Shown here in pieces: positions 27,899 to 36,447 of a stretch of DNA of 64,000 bases (its first letter is position 1; every line of letters starts with the position of its first letter). Both the position numbers and the translations under genes were made by a program. The notes beneath the pieces are model-generated. The model worked only from the letters and a program-made list of their open reading frames with translations, made no database searches and was not told the DNA's origin. The DNA is taken from assembly GCA_902560705.1 (NCBI GenBank), contig CACEMW010000003.1, positions 6,125-70,124 on the forward strand. Reading direction: 5' to 3'. This DNA comes from an uncultured Verrucomicrobiota bacterium. Lineage in GTDB: Bacteria > Verrucomicrobiota > Verrucomicrobiia > Limisphaerales > AAA164-E04.

Positions 27899-29224
27899 TT
27901 AGCCCCTCCAGTAAGAGGATTGTGGTCCCACCTGATAAGGGATGTTGAGTTCGGGGGTGTTCAAGGCAACCTCCCCGCGATAGAGCGATTCGACGGCAAA
28001 AAGGGTGATCCCTGAAGTCAGCAGGGTGCGCTCAGGTGGATAGGTCGCATGTCCAAGGGCGATGGTTTCTTCAATGCGCCGGGAAAGGGGGTTGAAAAAG
28101 TCGGCTGTGGTGGTGTGGGCCGGAGGCATGGGCAAATGCATCAGACAGGAGAGGATGCTGCCGTCGGCGCGCATACCGGCATAAGTGAAGTCCTGCACCA
28201 GTCCATTGAGCATGAAAAGTGTGGTCCGAAAGCCATCCTGATGTTCGATCCAGTAAGCCACCGGATTCGGACATGCTTCCTGAATCCAGTCTGCGCTGGG
28301 AGGGCGCCAAGGACCACCGGAAGGAGGGCGGCATTGGTGGCTGCGATTCAGCGCGGCGATAAGAAGTTGTTCGGTCGTCGTGCGCGATGCCAACTGGTCC
28401 CATATCTTCCGACCGCGCATGGCGTGTACCGATCGGACTCCCGCTTCACCTCCATGACGTCGTTCCGACATGCATTGAGCGGTTTCCAGTCCGTGAATGT
28501 CATATGAATCGACCCCTCCGTAGCAAACGCAGACGCTTTCCTTCAGATCGCTGTTCCACGGCATGTCGATGGAGGGAATACGCCAGGTGACCGGCAGGGA
28601 TGATCCTGCCAAGAGAGGAAAGCCCAGCCGGTAGCTGTCTTCCACCATTTTCACGCATTCCTCCCAGCGCGTTGAGTAGTGCTTGTCGTTGAAGACAGGC
28701 ACGGCTCGCCCGCTTCTCTCGAACACCTCCACCATCTCTTTGAAGAAACGATAGCGAGGGTATTGTTTTTGCCCCTTGGCGTTGGTGGGGTATTGCCCAT
28801 GTTCGGCAATGATGATCACCCCGTCGACATCGAGTTGATCCGTTCCCCGGGTGAGCGCCTCGGCAATGCTTCCATAAATGGGTACTCCGTGGCGTCTTTC
28901 GCGGTCACGAGCCAAATCGTTTTCGGGGAACTGGTCGACGTAAAGCGAGACTAACTTGAGTTTGGGGAAATAGTGTTCTCCATGCCATCCGTAGCCCTCC
29001 AGCAGACGATCAATGAAGTGCTGGGCATGGCTGTGTCGCCTCACTTCCGTCGCCAGCAGGGCGACTTTTTTGGGAGCACCTTGGCTCATGGAGGCCCCCT
29101 GCAGGGTCGATGCCAACTGCAGGATTCCTGAACAGGCACCCAAGAGCGAAAGCTGCTCTAGGAAGGTTCTTCTGGAAACTTTCTCCTCCAAAGGTTTAGA
29201 GGGATATGGGGGTAATTGAATCAT
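27899..29224 (-). CDS. Tat-signal hypothetical protein (Gfo/Idh/MocA-like layout without a dinucleotide-binding motif)
   Basis: Twin-arginine signal VSRRTFLEQLSLLGACSGILQLAS. KKVALLATEV occupies the place of a GxGxxG motif. The probable start is MIQLPP at 29224. Confidence 0.6.
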   Translation of the reverse strand: MIQLPPYPSKPLEEKVSRRTFLEQLSLLGACSGILQLASTLQGASMSQGAPKKVALLATEVRRHSHAQHFIDRLLEGYGWHGEHYFPKLKLVSLYVDQFPENDLARDRERRHGVPIYGSIAEALTRGTDQLDVDGVIIIAEHGQYPTNAKGQKQYPRYRFFKEMVEVFERSGRAVPVFNDKHYSTRWEECVKMVEDSYRLGFPLLAGSSLPVTWRIPSIDMPWNSDLKESVCVCYGGVDSYDIHGLETAQCMSERRHGGEAGVRSVHAMRGRKIWDQLASRTTTEQLLIAALNRSHQCRPPSGGPWRPPSADWIQEACPNPVAYWIEHQDGFRTTLFMLNGLVQDFTYAGMRADGSILSCLMHLPMPPAHTTTADFFNPLSRRIEETIALGHATYPPERTLLTSGITLFAVESLYRGEVALNTPELNIPYQVGPQSSYWRG

Positions 29225-29369
29225 GATTACATTGTGGCGCTGGTTGAAATGTTCGCAATTGGGGCAGGGGTGCGTCAATGGGAAAGCAGGGGAGTTCGCC
29301 CACATGTATCGGTGATTCACGTTGACCGGGTCCTTTTCTCCCCGTAAAATTTAATAATCCCCAATAGCT

Positions 29370-30200
29370 ATGAAAGCAAAACCTTTCAACTCCTTGAAGG
29401 CTTGGTACTCGTCCCACATCTCATCCGATGCTCGAAAGGGCTTTACGCTGATTGAGTTGCTGGTGGTGATCGCCATCATTGCAATCCTGGCAGGCATGCT
29501 TCTTCCTGCCCTCAGCAAGGCCAAGGCGAAAGCCAATCAGACACTCTGTCTGAGCAACCAGAGGCAATGGGGTATTTCCATTCAGATGTATGCAGCTGAT
29601 CACAACAATCGCTTTCCAGACAATTCCCAAGGGCAGCACTTGAGCTGGATGGGTCCGTCCATGGCGGAGTTTTGGCGAAACTATCTGATGGAGTCCAAAA
29701 AGACAGAGGCGGAGAAGGACAAGTTTCACGTGCTCTTTTGCCCGACTGACAAATGGCATCGAGTGGCCGACTTGTGGAGAAACTCCGACCCCAATGCCCA
29801 CCTCAAACCTGTGCTGACGGGATACTTCTACCTGCCGGGTCGTACCGCTTCCAGTGCGGAGTACAATGTGAGTGGGGTGGAAGACTGGGTGAAACGTAAG
29901 CAACTTGGGGGGCGCTTCAAGAACGCTCCTATACTCTCGGATCGTCTCCAGGGAATCGGAAGCTGGAGCGTCAACAACAATAGTGGAAATGTAAATTGGT
30001 TTACCGAGAGTGACGGAAAATCCGTTCCTGCCGCGACCCATCGCAATCAGGACGGCTCGCCTCAGGGGGGGAACTTTCTTTTCGAAGACGGTCACGCCGA
30101 ATGGCACCGCTTTGATCTTCAAAACGCTCGCCAAACCATTGATCTGGGTGCTCGAGTTGGAAGCTGGCTTTGCTTCTACAAGATACCGATCCAGGAATAA
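29370..30200 (+). CDS. Prepilin-type N-terminal cleavage/methylation domain protein (PVC DUF1559-like pseudopilin)
   Basis: KGFTLIELLVVIAIIAILAGMLLPALSKAKAKA N-terminus. C-terminal GGNFLFEDGHAEW (H-X9-DG-like region). Confidence 0.85.
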   Translation: MKAKPFNSLKAWYSSHISSDARKGFTLIELLVVIAIIAILAGMLLPALSKAKAKANQTLCLSNQRQWGISIQMYAADHNNRFPDNSQGQHLSWMGPSMAEFWRNYLMESKKTEAEKDKFHVLFCPTDKWHRVADLWRNSDPNAHLKPVLTGYFYLPGRTASSAEYNVSGVEDWVKRKQLGGRFKNAPILSDRLQGIGSWSVNNNSGNVNWFTESDGKSVPAATHRNQDGSPQGGNFLFEDGHAEWHRFDLQNARQTIDLGARVGSWLCFYKIPIQE

Positions 30201-30244
30201 GGCCCTCGACTTGGTGGCTTAGCGTGCAGGGCTGTCTGTGGGTT

Positions 30245-30931
30245 TTACGGACCTTTCAATGAGGAGGAACGGTCATCTTCTTCAGAAGATTCCTTGCCAG
30301 CCTCAGACGAGGGCAGGGTTTTGAGGTTGAGGATCCCTGCCGGATTAGCAGCCATAGGGGAAGGCGTCGTGAAAAAAGAATAGTCCCTCAGAGGTTCCTT
30401 CCCCAACCATTTTTGTTCCACGAAATGGCTTTCATTGAGCCCAAAGGAGATGTCCGCGACTTGCTTGGGGTATTTGGGAAGGTATTCATGTGCGACCCGT
30501 CTGCCATTGGGGCGGATCAAAGCCAGGTATTCTCCTCCCGAGGAAAGTTTGAAATTGGTGTGGAGATCGCCGACCCAGTTGGTGCGGTTCTTTCCGGAGG
30601 CCCAGACCAGCAGGAAAGCCCCTGGTCTTAGGCGAATCGAGGGAAAGGGCCATTTTTTGTAATCCTTGAAGTCGTCGGTCAGCGACCAGCCTTCCAGCGA
30701 CTGAGCTTGGTCACTGGCATTGTAAATTTCAATCCAGTCCGAAAAATCGCCATCGCTGTCGGCGCGGATGGATTGGTTTTCTGCCAGAAATTCCGAAATG
30801 AGCAGATCTGGTTTTCCGGCGTAAAAGCGCAAAAGATCGGGAGAGAGAGTTGCGCCCAGCACCATGCATCCGATGAGAAGGGCGATGAATTGGCAGGAGG
30901 TGATACGGGTTTTGCTCTGGATGACTCTCAT
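30245..30931 (-). CDS. Lamin tail domain (LTD) protein, membrane anchored
   Basis: LISEFLAENQSIRADSDGDFSDWIEIYNASDQAQSLEGWSLTDD...PGAFLLVWASGK is a typical LTD. The C-terminus is short and low-complexity. Confidence 0.7.
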   Translation of the reverse strand: MRVIQSKTRITSCQFIALLIGCMVLGATLSPDLLRFYAGKPDLLISEFLAENQSIRADSDGDFSDWIEIYNASDQAQSLEGWSLTDDFKDYKKWPFPSIRLRPGAFLLVWASGKNRTNWVGDLHTNFKLSSGGEYLALIRPNGRRVAHEYLPKYPKQVADISFGLNESHFVEQKWLGKEPLRDYSFFTTPSPMAANPAGILNLKTLPSSEAGKESSEEDDRSSSLKGP

Positions 30932-30948
30932 GAACTGCCTTGTGTTTT

Positions 30949-31665
30949 CTAACCGTGGAGGAGCTCCACCCCACTGACATACTTGGACATGCGGGTGATA
31001 CGGAATGGGAAGAAATTCATCAAACGCTCGTCCAGTGTGGCAATGGATCCCTGGTATTTGAGTTCCACAATCACACTTTGGTGGAGTTTCCGGATGCGCT
31101 CAAAGCTATTGTCGAACCTCTCGATGGCGATGAAGCTCAGCTCTGAATCGATGGTGATCCGATAGTCTCCGTCGATGGACAGAAAATATTTTCTCCGATA
31201 GCGATTGCCGATTGTTGGGAGGATCACCGCCGCGTCCTCCTTGACTCGGTCTGGCAAGGGACAGGAATCCCAGTAAGTCTTGAGATCATGGTATCCAAAA
31301 CCAGGTTTCAGCGACAAGGCAGGCAGCTTGTAGGATTCCTTGGTGCCGACCATGCCCTGCTTGATCTTGTACTCGAGCGTGGTCTTGGAAGGGTTGTAGA
31401 GATAATCTCCATACCAACGGAGCCGGAGCTTGGTGCGTGCAGCCTGGCCTCCCAGGTTCTCATGGTAGTTGTCCAACTCCGGCGTATCGAAGTAGATGTT
31501 GTTGATGTATCGGGGTGGGAAGCACTCGCGAAAGAGACAAGGGGAGCGTCGTACCCACATTTCCACTTCGTGAAGGTTCAGATCTTGGATGTGGTATTTC
31601 CGCTCGAAACGATAGTCATCGGCCGAACGCTCTTTGACTGGCACCGAGGCTTGCATGTCAGGCAT
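30949..31665 (-). CDS. VTC domain protein (CYTH-like, polyphosphate polymerase-type fold)
   Basis: YRFERKYHI near the N-terminus, RLRWYGD, and VIVELKY late in the sequence. These are the hallmarks of bacterial VTC-domain proteins. Confidence 0.7.
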   Translation of the reverse strand: MPDMQASVPVKERSADDYRFERKYHIQDLNLHEVEMWVRRSPCLFRECFPPRYINNIYFDTPELDNYHENLGGQAARTKLRLRWYGDYLYNPSKTTLEYKIKQGMVGTKESYKLPALSLKPGFGYHDLKTYWDSCPLPDRVKEDAAVILPTIGNRYRRKYFLSIDGDYRITIDSELSFIAIERFDNSFERIRKLHQSVIVELKYQGSIATLDERLMNFFPFRITRMSKYVSGVELLHG

Positions 31666-31670
31666 GGGCT

Positions 31671-32354
31671 CTAGCTACCGATGCCTCGATCGTCAATGAG
31701 GCTGATCTTCAAGTTAGGATGGAGTTCTTTCAGAGACTGACGGCAATTTTCAATGTGAGCCATGTCGCGAAACTGCATCTGAAAGGATGCCTCAAAGAGC
31801 TCTCCGGTTTCGTCGAGTCGACGCAGTCGATAGTCTCCGGTTTGTTTGGCCAGTAAGTCCGTGATGGACGATAAGAGATTGGGGTCGGATTGATCGCCAG
31901 AGAGGGTGAGATAGAGATTGGGAGATGCCTTGTCAGAGCGGGTGATGTGCCGCAGCCACAGGATGGCCACAATGACACCAAAGGCAACCAGGGTGATCAC
32001 TGCTTGCTGCGACCCCATACCCAGACCGATGGCGATGGCAAAAAACAAGTAGCTCAATTCCTCTGGCTCCTTGATGGCAGCTCGAAACCGGATGATGGAG
32101 AGTGCGCCTACCAGCCCGAGGGACAAGGCAACGGAAGATTTGACAATGGTGATGATGAGCATGGTGGTCATGCTCAAAATCATGAAATTCCGACCAAACA
32201 TTTCCCGATTGGAGAGCACGTTGCCAAAATGTAGGTAAGCCTTGGCCAGCAGGTAGCTCAGAAGAGCTGCCAGGAGGAAATGAATCACAAACCAAAGGAT
32301 GTCAATCTCGGCATTCTGGGCAGCAAAAAAATTCAGTAGGGATTTTGAATCCAT
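31671..32354 (-). CDS. DUF4956 membrane protein
   Basis: LSLGLVGALSIIRFRAAIKEPEELSYLFFAIAIGLGMG core plus a soluble C-terminal domain. It is the usual partner of bacterial VTC-domain genes. Confidence 0.7.
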   Translation of the reverse strand: MDSKSLLNFFAAQNAEIDILWFVIHFLLAALLSYLLAKAYLHFGNVLSNREMFGRNFMILSMTTMLIITIVKSSVALSLGLVGALSIIRFRAAIKEPEELSYLFFAIAIGLGMGSQQAVITLVAFGVIVAILWLRHITRSDKASPNLYLTLSGDQSDPNLLSSITDLLAKQTGDYRLRRLDETGELFEASFQMQFRDMAHIENCRQSLKELHPNLKISLIDDRGIGS

Positions 32355-32486
32355 GACTTATCGAACTTGTTAGGACAATGAATGTGAAAGAAACGTTACA
32401 CGGACCTTGAAACCAACGCAATATTTTGCCATGTCCTGACTTAATGAATGCCTTTCCTCTCTGGGTGACCTTGCGCGTTTCCGACC

Positions 32487-33794
32487 TCAGGCATCCAAGC
32501 CGGGCGGCCCCAACTCTCCCTCGCTAGAGGCAATTACGCAGGCAACGGCGGCATCGCCCGTCACATTGGTCACCGTGCGCATCATGTCCAAAATACGATC
32601 TACCCCAAGAATGAGGGCAATGCCCTCGGCGGGTACCTGGATGGCCTCAAGGATGATGACCAGCATGATGATTCCGGCTCCGGGTACCGCAGCCGTGCCA
32701 ATGGAGGCCAGAACAGCAGTCAGGACGATGGTGGCTTGCGCTGTAAGTGTCAGATCCAGGCCCAGTGCCTGAGCGATGAACACCGATGCGACAGCCTGGT
32801 AGAGAGCCGTGCCATCCATATTGATGGTGGCCCCGAGTGGCAACACGAAGGAGGTGACCTCCTCGGACACTCCCAGATGCTTGCGGCATCGATCCATAGT
32901 CACAGGGAGGGTGGCTCCGCTTGAACTGGTGGAGAAGGCAAGGAGTTGTGCCGGGGCCAGGCCTTTGAAAAAGGTTTTCCAGCTCAGGGATGTCCAGAAA
33001 CGCAGGAGCAGTGGATAAATGATGAGCATTTGACAGAGCAGTCCGGCGACGACAACCAGGCAGTAGGCACCCAGGCCTTTGAGAAGATCCATTACCCGTG
33101 AGGGGTCATCCTTGGCCAAGGTGACGATGGTGTTGGCCATCAAGCCAAAAACCCCCAGCGGCGCCAGGCGCATGATCAGATGTACGATTTGGATGACTGC
33201 TTCCATGAGCCCATCGAAAACAGCGAGGACGGGTTGACGCTTGGTTTGTGGACTCATGGTCAGTCCGACTCCAAGGATCAAGGACACACACACTACCTGC
33301 AACATGGCACCGTTGCTGGAAGCAGCTCCAAGAAAGTTCTCAGGCACCATGTCGGTCAGAAAGTCAAGTGGGCCCCGCTGGTGGACCTCCGAGGCGGCGG
33401 ACTGCCGACCTTGCACATCCTCCTGATGGGCGGCTTCCAATTCAGCGCGCGTTTCACTGGGGAGGCTCTTTCCAGGTTGCACGGCGTTGACCCACAGCAG
33501 CCCCAGAGTCACGGCAAGAGCGGTGGTCCCCAGGTAGAGTGCGATGGTCTTGCCTCCCATGCGGCTGAGTTTTCGCACATCGGACAGGGAGGCCACCCCT
33601 GAGACCAATGAGGTAATGACCAGCGGAACAGCGATAAGTTTGAGCAAGGTGACGAAAATCGTTCCGAAAGGACTGATCCAATCTCGGGTCCACTGCCCCC
33701 AGCCTTGGGATGAAGCGATCATTCCGTACACGACTCCTGCAATCAGAGCCATCACGATTTGCCAGTGAAGTTGTCGATACCAAGCGGTCTTCAT
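32487..33794 (-). CDS. Dicarboxylate/amino acid:cation symporter (DAACS family)
   Basis: Typical DAACS motifs: FSTSSSGATLPVTM, PLGATINMDGTALYQ and DRILDMMRTVTNVTGD. Confidence 0.9.
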   Translation of the reverse strand: MKTAWYRQLHWQIVMALIAGVVYGMIASSQGWGQWTRDWISPFGTIFVTLLKLIAVPLVITSLVSGVASLSDVRKLSRMGGKTIALYLGTTALAVTLGLLWVNAVQPGKSLPSETRAELEAAHQEDVQGRQSAASEVHQRGPLDFLTDMVPENFLGAASSNGAMLQVVCVSLILGVGLTMSPQTKRQPVLAVFDGLMEAVIQIVHLIMRLAPLGVFGLMANTIVTLAKDDPSRVMDLLKGLGAYCLVVVAGLLCQMLIIYPLLLRFWTSLSWKTFFKGLAPAQLLAFSTSSSGATLPVTMDRCRKHLGVSEEVTSFVLPLGATINMDGTALYQAVASVFIAQALGLDLTLTAQATIVLTAVLASIGTAAVPGAGIIMLVIILEAIQVPAEGIALILGVDRILDMMRTVTNVTGDAAVACVIASSEGELGPPGLDA

Positions 33795-33862
33795 GATGTT
33801 CTATTTGAATGGCGGCGGGGAGACATCCTTCATTATCTGCCATTCCGGCATGGGGAAATGCC

Positions 33863-35341
33863 TCATCCCTGAACCTCCTCCACCTGGACCTCGTAGCGGT
33901 GGCCTTGAATGGTCAGCGCATACTGATGGGTGCCGGCCTTCAGGGTTTCCTTTTTGCCTGTGGGATGGGGTTGAGAGGCCTGGGTGGAAGGATTCTCCGG
34001 GGCTTCGAGGTGTTTTTTGAGCTCCTGTGGAAACATCGCCTGCAGAACGGCAAGATCATCGCTGTCGTCGTGTCCGGCTTCTCTCAAGGCCTTTCTCAAC
34101 GAGGGCATGCGCGGTTCCAGTAAGTCGGCTGGACGACCTTCAATGGAGGATTCACGCGCCTGTACTTCAGCCTTTTTTCTAAGCTCAGGATCCACCGGTC
34201 CAGGTGTTCTGCCATACTTACCCAACAAGATATCGACCACCGGTTGAGAGAGCATGTTCCAGCGGCCGAATTTGACATTCAGCATGGACTGGGTGCCCAC
34301 AATCTGCGAAGTGGGTGTCACTAGAGGGATCCAGCCAAGGCGCTCGCGCACGTATGGGATTTCCTTCATGACTTCGGTCAGTCGATCGCCCATGCCCTGT
34401 TCCTTGAGTTGATTGCGAAAGTTACTCATCATGCCGCCCGGGACCTGGTAAACGAGGATGTCTGCATCCACTGCTTCGTTCTTCGGGTTGGTGTAGGCGG
34501 ATAGCTCCTCATAGACCTGTGTGAAATGCTTCCCGAGCTGAGCCAAGGCTTCCGTATCATAGGAAGGTTTGCGTGAGCTGGTTTCCAGCATCGATTGCAT
34601 GAGGAGGGTGTCAGGCTGTCCTGTGCCATTGGCAAAGGGAGCGATGGAGGTATCCACGCGGTCAACGCCGGCTTCAATGGCAGCGCAGTAGCTGGCCGCC
34701 GCCATGCCCGCGGTGCTATGGCTGTGCAATACCAAGGGTAAGCCAACGCTCCGCTTGAGGGCCTTGACCAGGTCTGCGGCTTTGGAAGGGCTGATCAAGC
34801 CCGCCATGTCCTTGATGCAGATGGAATCACATCCCATCGTTTCAAGCTCTTTTCCTAATGCGACAAAGCTTTTCAAGGTATGTACTGGGCTGGTGGTATA
34901 ACACAAGGTTCCCTGAGCGTGTTTTCCAGCTTTCTGAACGGCATCGATGGCTGTTCGCAGATTGCGGGTATCGTTGAGTGCGTCAAAAATCCTGAAGACG
35001 TCCATGCCGTGATTGGCAGAACACTGGACGAAAGCAGCTACCACATCGTCAGGGAAGCTGGTGTATTGGACGATGTTCTGCCCCCTCAAGAGCATCATGT
35101 GAGGAGTCCTGGGGCTCCCTTCCTTGAGGGCATCCAAGCGGTCAAAGGGGTTTTCATTCATGAAACGCAAGCAGGCATCAATGGTGGCTCCTCCCCACGT
35201 CTCCAGGGCGCCAAAGCCCAATTGGTCCAGGCATTCGAGGGCTGGAAGCATTTGGCCGGTCCGCATTCGGGTAGCTGCCAACGATTGATGACCGTCGCGC
35301 AAAACGGTGTTGTTGAATACAATGGGACCGGCCGAAGGCAT
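33863..35341 (-). CDS. Oxaloacetate decarboxylase alpha / transcarboxylase 5S-type carboxyltransferase, without a biotinyl domain
   Basis: VLRDGHQSLAATRM, CIKDMAGL, HSHSTAGMA and a PYC_OADA-type region. It ends ...HQYALTIQGHRYEVQVEEVQG with no AMKM biotinylation motif. The start is taken at MPSAGPIVFNNT (35341). The ATG at 35431 is also possible. The ORF-track start at 35767 is clearly too long. Confidence 0.85.
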   Translation of the reverse strand: MPSAGPIVFNNTVLRDGHQSLAATRMRTGQMLPALECLDQLGFGALETWGGATIDACLRFMNENPFDRLDALKEGSPRTPHMMLLRGQNIVQYTSFPDDVVAAFVQCSANHGMDVFRIFDALNDTRNLRTAIDAVQKAGKHAQGTLCYTTSPVHTLKSFVALGKELETMGCDSICIKDMAGLISPSKAADLVKALKRSVGLPLVLHSHSTAGMAAASYCAAIEAGVDRVDTSIAPFANGTGQPDTLLMQSMLETSSRKPSYDTEALAQLGKHFTQVYEELSAYTNPKNEAVDADILVYQVPGGMMSNFRNQLKEQGMGDRLTEVMKEIPYVRERLGWIPLVTPTSQIVGTQSMLNVKFGRWNMLSQPVVDILLGKYGRTPGPVDPELRKKAEVQARESSIEGRPADLLEPRMPSLRKALREAGHDDSDDLAVLQAMFPQELKKHLEAPENPSTQASQPHPTGKKETLKAGTHQYALTIQGHRYEVQVEEVQG

Positions 35342-35476
35342 CGAGCCAAGCTTGCGGAGTGCCTCCTTGGGATTCAAGCGGAATCTGGACGGACCCGAAG
35401 AAGGAAAGCCTCTCGCATGCCAGCTTTCCATTCTTTGGCTTTGATGAATCCTCCGGATCGGCTTTGATCTTGCATC

Positions 35477-36382
35477 ATGAGTGGTGCATCCCGCGACAAG
35501 ACTCGCCAGTTGAAGGCTTTGATGAAACGGCCGCAGGGCATTCCTAGTGTGGGAGTGCACGATGCCCTCTCGGCACTGGTTGCACAGCAGGCGGGTTTTG
35601 AACTCCTCTTCCTGGGTGGCTTTGGTGTCAGTGCCTCGCGCCTTGGTCTTCCCGATCTGCAACTTCTTGGCCTGCGAGACATGGAGCAAGCCGTCAGCGA
35701 GTTGACTGCGGTGCTGGAGATTCCCCTGATTGTGGATGCCGATACCGGCCATGGTGACTTGCCGCAAGTCAGGCGCACAGTCCAGCGGCTGGCTGCAGCA
35801 GGTGCCTCAGGCTTGCTGCTTGAGGATCAGCAATCTCCGAAGCGCTGTGGCCATTTCCGTGGCAAGCAGGTCATCGACACCTCCTTCATGCAGGCCAAAC
35901 TGCGGGTCGCCCTCGAGGCCCGACCAAGCGATGATTTTCTTATCATTGCCCGCACCGATGCTCGCGCCGTCTATGGCCTGGACGAGGCACTCCTTCGCAT
36001 GCAGGCATATGCCCAGTGTGGTGTGGGGGGAGGTTTTGTAGAAGCCCCTCAAAGCGTCACTGAGCTGGAGCGTATCGCCCATGAAACAGGTATTCCCCAG
36101 ATGGCGAATATGCTGGTCGGTGGGGCTACCCCCATTTTGAAGTGGCAGGAGCTTGCCTCGATGGGGTTCAAATGGGTGGTGAGCCCGATTGAAACCCTTG
36201 CTGTATGCATGAGCGCCCTTCAAGCTATGATGAAGACCTTTTTGACTGAGGGCAGTCTGACTGATTTCATGCAGGACAAGGCCAGTTTCGAAGACCTCAA
36301 GTCGCTTCTCAAGCTCAAGGAGTGGCAATCGGCCGAGGCTGATCCGAACCATGCTCGAAGAGAGGGAAGTAATGCCCGATGA
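35477..36382 (+). CDS. Isocitrate lyase / PEP mutase superfamily enzyme (2-methylisocitrate lyase / oxaloacetate decarboxylase-like)
   Basis: VHDALSALVAQQAGF, IVDADTGHG and LLLEDQQSPKRCGHFRGK are superfamily signature motifs. Confidence 0.85.
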   Translation: MSGASRDKTRQLKALMKRPQGIPSVGVHDALSALVAQQAGFELLFLGGFGVSASRLGLPDLQLLGLRDMEQAVSELTAVLEIPLIVDADTGHGDLPQVRRTVQRLAAAGASGLLLEDQQSPKRCGHFRGKQVIDTSFMQAKLRVALEARPSDDFLIIARTDARAVYGLDEALLRMQAYAQCGVGGGFVEAPQSVTELERIAHETGIPQMANMLVGGATPILKWQELASMGFKWVVSPIETLAVCMSALQAMMKTFLTEGSLTDFMQDKASFEDLKSLLKLKEWQSAEADPNHARREGSNAR

Positions 36383-36447
36383 CTCTCCCTTGGCTCCTTT
36401 GCTTTAACGGATTGTCAATCCCCACAATCTCCATTAGAACGTCTCCT

